Shown here piece by piece: positions 37,701-51,419 of a stretch of 64,000 nt of DNA (position 1 is its first letter; every line of letters starts with the position of its first letter). The translations under genes were made by a program, and so were the position numbers. Source of the stretch: Trichoplax adhaerens (lineage: Eukaryota > Animalia > Placozoa); NCBI RefSeq assembly GCF_000150275.1, contig NW_002060985.1:12881-76880 (forward strand), read 5' to 3'. Below the pieces are notes generated by a model, which had not been told where the DNA came from, searched no databases, and worked only from the letters and a program-made list of their open reading frames with translations.

Positions 37701-40700
37701 TACTTTCGCTTTTATATATTGTGTAGCACAAGTCATGTGGAAACCACGTTATGTAATTTATCCAGTCATCTCATGGCAATCGACTGCACGTTGTGATTCT
37801 ATTTTGGATGTTCGCTGATGTGACGAGCTTTTATGCTAGTATCAAACCTTTCTTAGGTCTATGTATGCCTCTCTTACTATCGTCTTTTGCATTGAATCAT
37901 GATCAGTAAAAATTTCTTCACAGGGTAAATTGCATTAATAAATTATCGATCGTCCGCTTGGCAAGTTAGACCTGAAAAAAGTTGGGTTAAAGAAAATTTT
38001 GACTTTCTATTTCTTGCGCATCAACAAATGAGTGGGCAATCCATTGGGTTATCAAATAGAGTATTAAAATTGTTATGTTACTCCATTTTAGTTGACATGG
38101 ACAATTTAAAAGTAGAGGATGCTTTCAAAAGTGAAAGCGATCATAAGTAGATTAAATGATCAACGCAGGACAATGGACGATGTTGAAATTGTTGCATGCA
38201 ATTGCTTGACTTAAGCTAGCATTCGATCGATGTAGCACCAGAGACTGCCAAGACAAAGGATTTTTGTCTTTAGTAACCCTGGTAGTAGTAGACGGATGCA
38301 ATCGAAGCAATCAAGGGTGTTGGAGGGTATTTGGAAAGCCATTGGAGATACCTATCATGATCAACACATAACATGACGATACGCTTGCCAGACTATTGGT
38401 AAAGCAACGATATTGTGTATCAATTTTGAATGCATTGTCATCCATACTAGCTAGGATAGCCTGGGCAAAAAATAGAGTTATCAAGATGCAACAAGAGTAA
38501 ACTAGGCTAGGCTACAACGAGTGAGGACATTAGCGGTAAGCATCAATTATCTTGTTGGACAAATGCATTCTCTCGCTTGACAGTAAGAATCCGGTCCAAT
38601 CTGCAAGGAGTAATGACTTTGAATTTCCGTTGTTCACTTTGATCTATCATTGTCGGTGAGTTATAGTAGCATTTCAAACAATTTTGCGTAGGACTCATTA
38701 TATTGCCAACACGTCAAAACCGCGCATCCGTGGATAGAATGAAAAGAAGAAATTTTCAAGTCAAGAATGACGACGATAGGCTTGCACTCGTTACTCTATT
38801 CACCACTTTCCACGTTGTATTTTCAACTCATTAAAATAGAGTAAAATCGTCACTTCCGCTCTACTGTGATCAACATGGAGTAAATACCTTCATCACAATA
38901 TTCCGTAAACTCAATTGCTAAAGTCAATGTCACAATGAAACGATTTATTATCCAATGGAAAAAAATGAGTTTTGATAAGGCTTGTGGCACTACCGTATCG
39001 ATCCAACAGAGCTCTGCTACTCACGGCGCTATCCATTCTCAACAGTGTGTGTGTTGATTTCCTTGTGAGGAAATAGGATCCCATAAAAATAATGTTGAAA
39101 AAGGAGGCAATTTCTTTCATATCGGATCATCAATATTAGGTTAGCATGTGAAAATGGAATTACCCCATATTGTAGCATCTCGCCCATTGTGCAATGGACA
39201 TTGCAAAAACACTTTCTAGCTACTATCAAGTGGGTGAAAACTAGATTCAAAGAGGACCCCCCAAAAACAATAATAAAATACGTATGTGCGTATACTGTAC
39301 TTTACCGTGCGTATTCTGCAAAGTAGGAAAGTCAATTTTTTCTCTTTCTTTTGCATTTAAAATGGAATACTGCACATCCTATCAATCCCATCGATAACTT
39401 GCTGTCCTACATACACGTCCGCTACTTTAGCATAGCTCATCCTCATTTTTAATTTAACACAACATGATTCCAAGACGCATATTTTGAACTCTTTCCAAAA
39501 GTGAATGCAAATGTTGACTATTCGTGATGTTGTCAACAGCCATGATGGAAGAAAGTTTTCAAAGCCATTGTTCATGATGGATGGTGAATCATTTTTGCAA
39601 ACTATTTTTTCTAATTTATTCTACTCTATTACAACTCTCAATCGGTTGATCGCTCACCACTGAATAAGGCCTGCCACTCTTCTAAATTGAGTTGACCATC
39701 ATCGAGATTGTTAATATTTAAAATACATTCAAGAAAGAATTTTCATTGCAATCATAACAGACATTGTAGCTTTGGAATGAATTCAAAGTGTAAAAAGGAA
39801 ATGAGATTTCCAGCACTAAACACATCCAATGACAACTAGCTAACTCAAACAACAACGACAACGGACAAATCAATTAGGCGACCACGCGTGACAGTGATGG
39901 TCCACTTTAATGTCATCCACAAATTGAAAATGATTCAAAAAGTGTTTATGACTTTGCTTCATCCTCTGTCCTATACTGCAAGTGAGAAAGTTATGAAAAT
40001 GGCCTCCGTGTACTTTCGTCCACTTTCCAACTCAACGCTAAGGATGAAGTTTGAGGAATAATTTCCAAGTGGAGGAATAGAAAAATAAAATAAAAGGGAT
40101 AATTTTGTTTTGTAAAATGATGATATTATGATTATTATTTATACATAGACGTATCATAGCAGCATTTCAGTTCAGTTCGATGTCTGCTGTATAGAATCGA
40201 CACGACTAATTAGCCAACAGTCAATCCATTTGGGCAGGAGCATCATCTTACGGTTCTTACCGTCTAATGAACTCTATTATGCTCGTATAGGATTCAGTCA
40301 GTAATACTTGACAGCGCAAAAATAAAATGGAGACTCCTACAAGCCATTCAAAGTGCTCATCACTCTTTTCATGACATGACTACCCAATCATGATGCCTAC
40401 TCCTGCCTAACATAGGATAGTTTTGGAGAGTAGCTGTAGTACCGATGATTGCGATCATTCCGATAAAGTTAAGACTATTTACAAATCATCCACATGATGA
40501 AGGACGATGATCCATACTCAGAAGCAGAGAAAAATGCAATTGGAAAAGCACTTTCCAAATAGGTTATTGTTGAAAAGAAAACAATCGAAAAGTATTGGAC
40601 TGGGTATTGACTATAGAAGCACCGACCAGTCTTGACATATGGGCAAATAAATAGAAATGTACGAATAGGAATGCAGCATTTTGGGTACATTTAGTTTACT

Positions 40701-42828
40701 TAATATAAAAACTCTCCATTGCAATTGTCACAGGTTAGCCTACGGAAGTGATTGAAAACGTTAACTAAATGTAGAGTCTATCTTGACTGCCATGCTGTTG
40801 AAATGCCACCTTTGCAAGAAAGCAACCCTACTACAGTCCGGAGATCCACTTTGTAGTCGTTAATAGACCCAAGGCAAAATGGCTATTAGAACACGATAGG
40901 GGATCATGGCAATTGAGAGTCGATGATTTATTTCTTGATAGTAACTTACTGGCTAGGAAACGATTAGTCTAGCGAGATACAGTAGGAATCATCGCTGTCG
41001 ACCAGGTCAATAGGCGACGTATGGGATAGAGAAGGGAAACGAAGTCAAAAGCAAACAAAATCGCCATGTTGTAGTAGTGGGGAAAAGTTGCACTGTAGAC
41101 GATACGACTTGAGTATTGAACTTGCAATGGTCAATGACATGCGACATTGAGTTACGAGTTGATTTTGATGGAGAAACACTTAATTAATAGGGATTCAAGG
41201 AGATGTGGAAAGTACTGTTACCGCCATGATAATAGGGAGAACTAGAGTTATTGGCTCGGCTGTTCTCACCGGATTACTCAAAGGTTACCATAATCCATTC
41301 CTTTCTTTTTGCCCTTTTAAAAAATTTTATGGTTGATTTTTCGATCCTTTCATTTGCTAACCGTCAAGGAAAGTCTTGTTTTGACGACCTACAGGCCATT
41401 AGCACGCAACCTACTTGCGATAGCATAAACAAGACAAAATCATGACAATCTTGTCGTGGTAGAATAAGTTAGTCAGTTTTTCAAAGTCATCATTTAGCGC
41501 ACAACGATGTGAACGACAGTCATCATGTCCAAAATGGCAGAAACAGCTCTCATCTTTTCACAATTGATAGTATGTAGAATGTTCTCCATGGCAGGCCGTA
41601 TGAGTCTATCTTACCACATCAAACTTGTAAATCTAACTTCTTGGCGATAATGTACTTGATAGCGATTAATACCCACTGCGTTAAGCATACGTCAATTGAA
41701 AACGATCTGGACAAGAATTGCCGCGTAACATCATATAGTAGATTACTTAAAGCTAATCACGTCGTGAGGAAGGGAAAAAGCATACACTCTATCGCCCAAA
41801 ACGCTATTGATGACTTATCCATTTTCCACTAAAACTTTGAAATTTTAATCATTAAAGTAAGCATTCGAAATCGCTTTTTGATCATGCGGTGGCATGGCAA
41901 ATATTCCCCCCCCCCCCGGGTTGTGTACAACACTGTACAAGTATTTTAGCCAAGTTTTCCAGGTTAGTTATCCCGATCCAAGTCGATTGACAAAGAAATA
42001 GAATAACCTGGTATACTGTATGGAATAACCTCAGCAAGAGCAAAAGAAAAAGATCATGGACATGATATCAAGGCGAACACGGCGTGGATGGAAGCATTTC
42101 TTCCTGGCTTATTTTTGATATGATGGCGTTGAACCATTGCGAACTATTTACAGTATAGACATACAAGCCCACGAATGGAAGAATACATGCATCAACATAA
42201 CCGTTTCAACATAGATCAGCAAATCCACTATCGACCGTTATGATCCATTTGATCAACAAAGTGTCCCATTCCCGGCGAGAATCAATCAAGATGTCGAAAT
42301 TGAAAAAGGGTCACGCCAATGCAACCCAAGCATTCTTATGGAAGCATCGACCGTGCCAACATCATTGACTTTCATCGCCGTACAGTAGATTACTGGCAAA
42401 GGGTAGGGTCTTAACCCGGATTCCATTGAAAGATTCATTCAGCCATGATGGGCAAGAATCAATCCTTGAATCCATGCTCGCCATATCGCTGTGTAAACGT
42501 TTCAAATTCCCTCTCGTACTAAGGCGATAAAAAGGATATTGCTGTCTGGATTGAATCGTGATCCGAAAGTCTGCATGGATTTCACCTCGGGCAAGATGAT
42601 TGAATCGTAGTTGTGAACAATAGCTGTTGCTTACCTTGAATTTTCAAGCCGATGAAGATACAAGAAGTAGCCAATAAACTTGGATCGTAGAGTTTGATTT
42701 GCCAGTCCAAATGAGCCAATGGATTGCAATCAAGCCTTGCTTAATGCCGACATTACTTGTTCCACTTGGTCAAGATAAAAACTCAATCAGCACCCAGCAG
42801 CTTGGTCAAGTTGAAAGGGAGCATGGGC

Positions 42829-43057
42829 ACGTTGCAGACGACAATGTCAAATGTGGTGGTGTTGTGCCATCCAACACACTTTCTACTATGGCAAGCCAGC
42901 AGTGATTCTAGTACTGAATCAAGTGCTACAGTACCCTACTGGACGTTGTAGACGACAATGTCAATGGTGGTGTTGAGGCATTCGACACACTTTCTACGGT
43001 GGCAAGGCAGCACTGACTCTAGCAAGTACTGAATCAAACGCTACAGTACCCTACTGC
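42829..43057. repeat. Two-copy tandem duplication, ~114 bp
   Basis: ACGTTG.AGACGACAATGTCAA..GGTGGTGTTG...ACACACTTTCTAC..TGGCAAG.CAGCA.TGA.TCTAG..GCTACAGTACCCTACTG occurs twice. Confidence 0.9.
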
Positions 43058-43722
43058 AAACTGTATGGCAGCTTCTGTCAGTGGCGCTGTGGCAAGGACT
43101 GCTGGAAAAGACAGAAGGACAGGACGATAGGACAGAGGCTGGAGATGATCAAAAAGTGCAGGTGGACGCATTCGGCGGTCATTTTACTGTCCACTGGGAC
43201 TGTAAGCGTACACAATCCTGCGCAAAACCAACCTGGCCGGCCGTTTCAGTGGCGTGGTGTCGTGTGTCGTGTAGGTCGTACTTTCCATTCCGTGGTAGGG
43301 TATCGTACTGGAGGATGACGTGCAATCGTGAATGAAACCGTAATAGGATTCACCCCCTAGAAAAGGAGTAGTCCGCTATCCGTCCTACCATAACAAGCCC
43401 TTTGTTCAATGTTCCAGTTCAAAAATTGAAGAAAAAAAAAAAAAGCAAAGAAGGAAAGAAAAGAAAAAGCGAGCCCACTTTCCTCACTACAACCACTATG
43501 GCGTCTTGTACTCTACACAGTACACACTCGGTAGTTGGGCAGCGTACGAGTAGGTAAACTTACTTTCAAGTGTTTCCTGTACACTGCACAATGTACATTG
43601 CACGATGTACCATGGACTTCTACAAATGGACAGCACCAGGCAATTGAAAGAGAAAGCGGAAGATGTTTCTCCTGAAGAAGCCGCTGAGTACTACTAAGGG
43701 GCATACAAATATAGCTACTAAT

Positions 43723-43903
43723 GTAGACACTCACGCATCATTGGAGTGAAGCGATTTGCAAGTGAATCGCAATTCCAACACTGCACACGATCGTCGCTGT
43801 ATATCACCAGTACACTTCAGTCTATTGTTGATACGATCCAGTCATGGTTCGAGTTGCGATTCACTTGCAAATCGCTTCACTCGAGTGATGTGTGAGCGTC
43901 CAC
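43723..43903. repeat. 57-bp inverted repeat (43723-43779 / 43847-43903) with a 67-nt spacer; MITE-like or hairpin RNA
   Basis: A perfect 29-bp core GAGTGAAGCGATTTGCAAGTGAATCGCAA pairs with TTGCGATTCACTTGCAAATCGCTTCACTC, and pairing extends with a few mismatches. Confidence 0.9.
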
Positions 43904-43989
43904 TGCCTACACTAGTACAGTAGATATATCTGTACAGCGTACAGTACTGCTGTGTCACCCACTTGATCGTGTCAACTTCAGACTACACC

Positions 43990-45040
43990 AAAGCGATCTT
44001 GGAAAAGGATGGGAACCGTCTAATCATCATCCGTTCATGGAGACCAAGTGATGTGCATATGATATACTCAATCAGCAAAATGCTTAGTCGAAAGCGATCT
44101 TGAAACTATTTTGGATAGAACGCGTCCATGCAGTCATCATCCATGAGTGGACAATGATTAGACCAAGTCATGTGCCCAAGATCTACTTTTACTCGATCAC
44201 AAAATGCTTGGTCGAAAGCGATCTTGAAACTATTTTGGATAGAATGCGTCCATGAGTGGACGATGATTAGACCAAGTCATGTGCCCGAGATCTACTTTCA
44301 CTCGATCACAAAATGCTTGGTCGAAAGTAATCTTGAAACTATTTTGGATCGAATGCGTCCATGAGTGGACGATGATTAGACCAAGTCATGTGCCCGAGAT
44401 CTACTTTCACTCTATCACAAAATGCTTGGTCGAAAGTTATCTTGAAACTATTTTGGATAGGACGCGTCCATGCAGTCATCATCCATGAGTGGACGATGGA
44501 TTAGACCAAGTCATGTGCCCAAGATCTACTTTCACTCGATCAGATAATGCTTGGTCGAAAGCGATCTTGAAACTATTTTGGATAGAATGCGTCCATGCAG
44601 TCATCATCCATGAGTGGACAATGATTAGACCAAGTCATGAGCCCAAGATCTACTTTCACTCGATCACAAAATGCTTGGTCGAAAGCGATCTTGAAACTAT
44701 TTTGGATAGGACGCGCCCATGCAGTCATCATCCATGAGTGGACGATGATTAGACCAAGTCATGTGCCCAAGATCTACTTTCACTCGATCAGATAATGCTT
44801 GGTCGAAAGCGATATTGAAACTATTTTGGATAGAATGCGTCCATGCAGTCATCTTCCATGAGTGGACGATGATTAGACCAAGTCATGTGCCTAGGATCTA
44901 CTTTCACTCAATCAGAAAATGCTTGGTCGAAAGCGATCTTGAAACTGTTTTGAATGGGACGTGTCCACGCAGTAATCATCCACTCATGGATGATGATTAA
45001 ACCAAGTGATGTGCATAGGATATACTCAATCAGCAAAATG
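43990..45040. repeat. Tandem array of ~8.5 units of 109-125 bp
   Basis: (G)ACCAAGT(C/G)ATG starts at ~44042, 44161, 44270, 44379, 44504, 44628, 44752, 44876 and 45000. Internal units are near-identical and edge units are diverged. Confidence 0.97.
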
Positions 45041-45835
45041 GTTGGTTGAGTCGGTGATCCTACGAATGTACAGCAGGGACCTTCATTTGTACTCAATTAG
45101 AACGAGCGAGTGAAAAGCTTGGACAAAACTCCTTGACTGCAATATATTCAATTTGCTCGGTCTACACTCTACATTGCAGTAAAGTAAAAGGTACAACGAC
45201 GGATCGACTACAGATACGATCAAGTACTGTGCTGATGATATGCTCATTCAGGAAAGTAATTGAGTCAGTCATCAATTGCTGACTAATGTACAGTACAGCA
45301 TGGATCTTCATTTGTACTCAATTGTACATTGTACAGTAAATGAAAATCTTGGACAAAATTCCTTGACTACAACACAACAAAATATTCAATTTGCTCAGTG
45401 TGCACTGCAGCAACGTAAAAGGCACTACAACTAGTCATGGATACGATTATGATTCGATCAAGTAATACAGAACTTAGATGATGTGCTCAATCAGGAAAAG
45501 GATTGAGACAGTGATAAATTGCACACAAATGTACAGCAAAGTTAAAAGCACAAGTACGCCAAGTAGAGCGAGCGATGGGCTAAACTCCTTAACTGCAATA
45601 TTCTATTGGCTCAGTGTGCACTGCAGTAGCTTATGTAAAGTAAAAGCTACGCAACAAATCGACTACAAATACGATTATGATTCGATCAAGTGATGAGCAG
45701 ATGATATGCTCAATCAGGAAGATTGTAAGCCAGTGATAACTTTGACACTAATTGCACAGGTGGCTCAGTGTGCACTACAGTAACAGCTCTCATATAAAGT
45801 AAAAGATACAGAGACGGATCGACTACTACGACTAG
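45020..45835. repeat. Degenerate ~220-245 bp tandem repeat (about 3.5 copies) adjoining the array
   Basis: GAT(A/G)T(A/G)CTCA(A/T)TCAG recurs at ~45019, 45237, 45480 and 45703. CCTT(G/A)ACT(G/A)CAA, GCTCAGTGTGCACT and CGATCAAGT also recur. Confidence 0.75.
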
Positions 45836-48481
45836 TTATAATCAAAAAATGAATTTCTTCTGTAAACTCCATTTCTTCCAATTGGGCAGTATGCTGCCAT
45901 TTGTGAAGCTTCCGGTACACGTGCAAACTGTGCAAGGCACGTTAAGAAAATGATCCTTATTCAAGCGTAGTACAGTCTGTTGTGCGCGCGACAGAAAGAC
46001 AATCAGTAGCAAAGCCATGTCACACCTTGCCATGGTAGCCTAGAAACTAGCATGACTTTACTGGCGACTGCTTCTATGACACAACAAGCCGTTGCTGCAA
46101 ATGATTTCCTAAAGATTTCATCACTTGTTACACTCTAATGGTGCACGCTGCAAACTCATTCATCATTTTGCAAATGGCATTGCAATCAGGATAAAGAGAT
46201 CGCTAAACGGATTATTTCAAGGCGAGTGACGACTGCAAGGATGCTTTAGTCGCTACGAGCAACATCATTTCCTAACAGAAACTACTACTATTGCTGTATA
46301 GGGTTCGGTAGATTTGAATTTTGGTTGCAGAGATTGCGCTGAAATGATGGATTGAGTTACTTATAGCATGATCTGCCCGTTGAAAAATGATTAACAATTA
46401 ATAAATAAACATGGTTTTGAACGAGCGCACTAAAAGACGTTGCTTTGCCATAGTATTCCACATTCCTACGGCAGTTGCGACAGGTTGCTATACTCGTACG
46501 TATAGTACTGGCTGAACTGTAATTGTACAAAAATCCTTAAGAGATTACAATTGCCTTTGGGTACGTCGTGTGGAAGACATTTTATTGTAACTCTTTATTT
46601 ATCAGACGGGTAGATCAAGCCATAAGTGACCCAATAAACCGTTTCAGCGATATTGGCCAAACCAGATTTCGTATCTGACAAGCCCTAAACTGCAAAGTAT
46701 AGGAGCTCTGTACTCTACCAGATAGAATAACAGATCTTATGACCAAAGTCAATTGAACGCTTATACTTCCTTGAATCCTATCATTCATATTATCATTAGT
46801 ATTAGCTTGAAGAAATGCTTCAAATTGAGATGCACCCTGCTATGTTTTATTCATGCCTATGGTGCGATCCACAACAGCTGCGATCGAGTACAATAACAGC
46901 CTTCCTCATCATCAGCAAAAATGCTTTTGTTACAAATTTGCCCATAACTACTCTATTCACGACAAATACAGTACATGAACATCAATTCCATTCTACTTGC
47001 AGTATATAAAGTGAGCTACGATAAGCCAGATAGATGGCGCTAAATTTATTTCAGTGAACTTATTGCCATAAACACCGTAAAATCAATTGAAATTGAAATA
47101 CCACAGTCAAGCGCACAGTAGTAAACGACGGTACGCTAATATTAATCATAAACTATCCAATCTTGAAGTACGTTTATTGTCATGTAATGGCAACTATCAC
47201 CAACCTTTTCCTTCGGATCATTGTCGTGTGTACGTTAAAATACCATACGTATTTTTTGGGAGGGAATATAAAGATCGAAGCATAGGCAATAACATCACAT
47301 ATACGTGATTCTGCTTAGTTTTGACGACTATACGCCGTTCAGTTATATCGAAGGATATCTGATCATTACGTATAAAATATCCCGCAACGATGTCATTGAA
47401 TAAGAATAATAAATCGGATGCTTAAAACCGTTTTGCTACAAGCTACATTTGTCACGGTGTTAATTAACGCCAATCTTTCCTCTGGATTATTGTCATGTGT
47501 GCGTTATATTACCATGCATTTTTCATTTTTGATTACAATAAAGAATAGGCAATAAAATCACGTCTACATCTAAGTGAATAGTTCACCACGATGACTATGC
47601 TATCAACTTTACTCTCACCAAGCCGTTCAGTAATACTGATAAGTGGATATACACTACCTACAACTGTGTCATTCAATAAGAATATTAAATCGAATGCTTA
47701 GTTGAAGTGTTTTGCTGCAAGCTACAATTTTGCCATGGGTCAAGTAAATGAATGGCTAATTTTAAGATTGTAAAAGACAAATTCCATCACATACTGTAGA
47801 ATATGGGATAGCGAATCGAACAATAACAGCTGCACAATTTATTGTGCGCGATAGTTATTATATCCCGTGTAGAAAGGAATTTGCATATTATATATGAAAG
47901 ACAGTCTATATTGATGCTAGGATAGCATGCTATGAATACCTCATAACGAATTCTTTATTTCTAAGCTATAACTACCCTAGCTTTCTACGATCATTTCAAC
48001 GCATACTGTGCAACTGCTGCATAGTACAAATATAATAAATCCTTGTCCTTGCCACCATTCGCATTGACAAAACCTCTCATTGACTAGAATTCTACGATAG
48101 ACTTCTCCGTTTGGATAGTACTGTGCTAGTATAACCCACGATATTTATACTTCGCGTACTGCATACGGCATTTTGTAATAATATCTAATGATAGACCGAT
48201 GAAGCAGCTATACCAACGCAAAAACTCTTCCTGAATATAACCATCTAAAAATAATTCAATATTTGCTTTGAAGCTATGCTCAAGACGAAAATTGACAACC
48301 CTCAACGCCCCGGTAAATCATTATTACCGAATAAATTACCGAGGTATAGTACTAGTATAGTCTGCTGTACGTCCTCATGCTTTTTCCTGTACTTATCGTT
48401 GTCACTTCGCACAGGGCATATTTAGTTGAACAACTCTGGGAAAGTGTATAAAATAGCTTGCAGGGTTTTCTAACGTAGAGA

Positions 48482-48880
48482 GTGGGATTACGCTCATAAG
48501 ATAGCATATGATCGAACTAATATTATCGTTAACCTCAATTAAATCATTGCTACAGGAGTAAATAATGGTTACCTTCTGTTCCGAGTAGACAATCTAGCCT
48601 GAAATCCAGATTTTCTTACTATGCGATTATGCTCATAAGGTAGTATACGATCAAACTATTATCATCGTTAATCTTACTTAAATCATTACTACAGGAGTAA
48701 ATAAAGGTTAGCATCTGTACTGAGTGGAAAATCCAGCCTGAAATCCTGATTTTTTAAGGTGGGATTACGCTCATAAGATAGCATACCATCAAACTAATAT
48801 CATCGTTAACCTCAATTAAACCATTGCTACAGGAGTAAATAGCGATTACTATTTGCTTCAAGTGAAAAGTTCAGCCTGAA
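48482..48880. repeat. Three tandem copies of a ~139 bp unit
   Basis: GATTA(C/T)GCTCATAAG...ATCGTTAA...CTACAGGAGTAAATA...AGCCTGAAAT occurs three times. Confidence 0.92.
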
Positions 48881-49469
48881 ATAGATCATACTGCAACAAA
48901 GTCTTGAGTTGAATACCTCTTTTCCTAAAAAAAATATTCTTGCTTTGGCCGTATGGACACGTTTAACATTACCGTACTGCATCATACGCTGTTATTGCAA
49001 TAGCTGCTGCAAAATATGGCAATGCATGCTTTAATTGCATATCATAAACGTCAAACATATGCTGTAATTCACCACAAGAATGTAAAAATAATCATGAATC
49101 TGGTATAAATATCGTCAATATTGCATTGCGATGGTTTGATAAAGAATACTAAAGATTTTATATGGATACAATTGTAAAAGGAAGTGCCCACTCATGAACT
49201 ACTGAATCGGTTTTGTGTCTTAAGTTGCAGTTCAATATAGCTAATACAGTAATCACTAACACTATAACTGAATATCAAATATGGCATTGATCGCGTGTAA
49301 ACCCTTCACCTACATTAATGATTACTTAATCATTACAAATGTATATACAAGATGTAATTGTATGTAAATTTCACTTTATTCCTGCCTTATTACAGTTAAT
49401 AAGTTTCACTAATACATCATATTGTACTCTATTGCATACTTTGACGTTACTACTGCTAGACAGGAAATT

Positions 49470-49920
49470 AGACTAGAAATAATACCGTACTATAAAGTGG
49501 ATGATATTACTGGATGATTAAGTTAGACTAGAAAATGAGGCAGTTCTTGAAAGACTTGATTTATCTTAAATAAAGTAGAAAACTGTACCATACTGCAAAT
49601 GATATCGTACTTCAAAATGAATGATATTACTGAATGACCAAAATTAAACTATAAAATGAGGTAGTCCTTGAAAGATTTGACTTATTTTAATTGAAGTAGA
49701 AAATTATACCACACTAGAAATAATATCGCACTTTAAAATGAATGAAATTGCTGGATGACTAAAAGTTAGACTATGAAATGAGATAGTCCTCGAAAAACTT
49801 GACTTGTCTTAAGCAAAATAGAAAAACTGCAGCATATTAGAAATAGTATTGTGCTTCAAAGTACAGGATATTACTGGATGCACAAAAGTTAACTGGAAAA
49901 GGAGATAATCATTAAAAGTC
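49470..49920. repeat. About four diverged tandem copies of a ~121 bp unit
   Basis: GATATTACTGGATG / AAATGAG..AGT.CTTGAAAGA.TTGA / AGTAGAAAA.T recur at ~120 bp spacing. Confidence 0.8.
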
Positions 49921-51419
49921 TTAATGTATACTGAAAACGATGATTTAAGCTATTTAATTGAAAGAAGACATGGGCTGCATACCCATAGTTGAATTCAAAA
50001 AATAGATAATCTTTGTCAGGCCTTGATGCATCTTGAATAATAGTGAATGCAAATGCCTTATGACATAATGTTATGCACGATTAATATTTTTATTCCTTAG
50101 ACTCGTAACAATGCGTTCAGCTATTTTTCCTCTTAATCAATTGTCACCAATCAAACTTGCAATATCTGAGAGAAGGACAACACTACTAATTAATCGACGC
50201 CAGCAAACGATAACATCCTCGATCATATTTTTCTGCTAAACGGCAATCATACTTTATTATCACAACTCAGATAGAAATAACAACTTTAACAACGTAATGT
50301 AAAACATCAAACTCATACTACAGTTACATATTTAAAATCAGTTTACGTACTAATTTTATAAAAATTATTATAACCCGATTTTATGCTAGACTACAAAAAG
50401 GACATGAAATTCGTGTCGTGACACTATTGTGTCGTTAGGCTCTAACTAAGAAATATTAAACCCATTAATGCACCTCTTATACTTCAATAATAACTAGTGT
50501 ATCAGATTCTAAAGTGTCGGGTTATACTGTCAAAGTTCGTTCTACAGCATCATTTCTGTACTGTTATCATTGGGTTTATTATCCAACAACATTTCATTAT
50601 CTCGTGATAAGAATACCTTAGAATCATAAACAATTTCACAAAGGTTCAATTGCTGCCTCAATATTGATAGGCATTAATAATAAATGTCCGCATGTATAAT
50701 GCTGATCATAACTTTCATAGGGTGTTATTCCAAGATTTACCACGCATGATCATGCTTATAATCATCCTAAAACATATCAGCTGTCTTCACTTTACTGAAA
50801 GAATGATTATTAACGTACCAAAGCAAATAGTAACTGCAAAATACATTATTGCAATCGATCAACGCAAGCAATTCAATTTTTCAGGTTAATATCATATTTT
50901 TTATCATCAATTGATTGTCCAATTTTATTATTTAATTTTATGTAGATAGAATGATATGTCTTAATTGATGTTTTATCTTTTAATTGATAGAAATATAGCC
51001 AATCTTCTTGAATGGCATTGTATCTATCTAATCAGCTAATTAATAATTTATAATACATCATTATGAATGATCGGATGATCCTTTAGAATAGATGCGTATA
51101 TTGTGATAATGAAATGAGGATATGGGAACAGTTTACTTCGTGATAACAAGCGTTGACATTAGATCATCGCGTTAAGGGTAATAGTACAATCTGATTTTAC
51201 AGGCATATCTATTCATTTGTCACATTCATCAATTAATCGTTGATAACTATACTGGAATAAAGTATTACAGGGTTAACTGTCATTCTTCGTATTTAATAAA
51301 TGCAGTAAAATCCTATTTGGAGGGCAATAGAAATATAGTAACCTCTTTAAAAGATGCCATGAAACATGACTTTTATTTATATTATCTAATTCATCAATAC
51401 TAATTTAATTTCCTACCAG

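Noticed and set aside
43081-43335. 84-aa GTG-start ORF in the GC-richer patch
   Set aside because: No ATG, no domain motif and no convincing splice context; explained by local GC content.
44170-45000. Repeated ORFs MCPRSTFTRS... as a peptide gene family
   Set aside because: Unit lengths 109/124/125 are not multiples of 3, so frames shift and stop; these are translation artefacts of the repeat.
43990-45040. CRISPR array or hammerhead-ribozyme satellite
   Set aside because: No unique spacers or cas genes, and the context is eukaryotic. The nearest hammerhead-like string (CTGATCGAGTGAAA, minus strand, only some units) lacks the canonical CUGANGA core and stem II.
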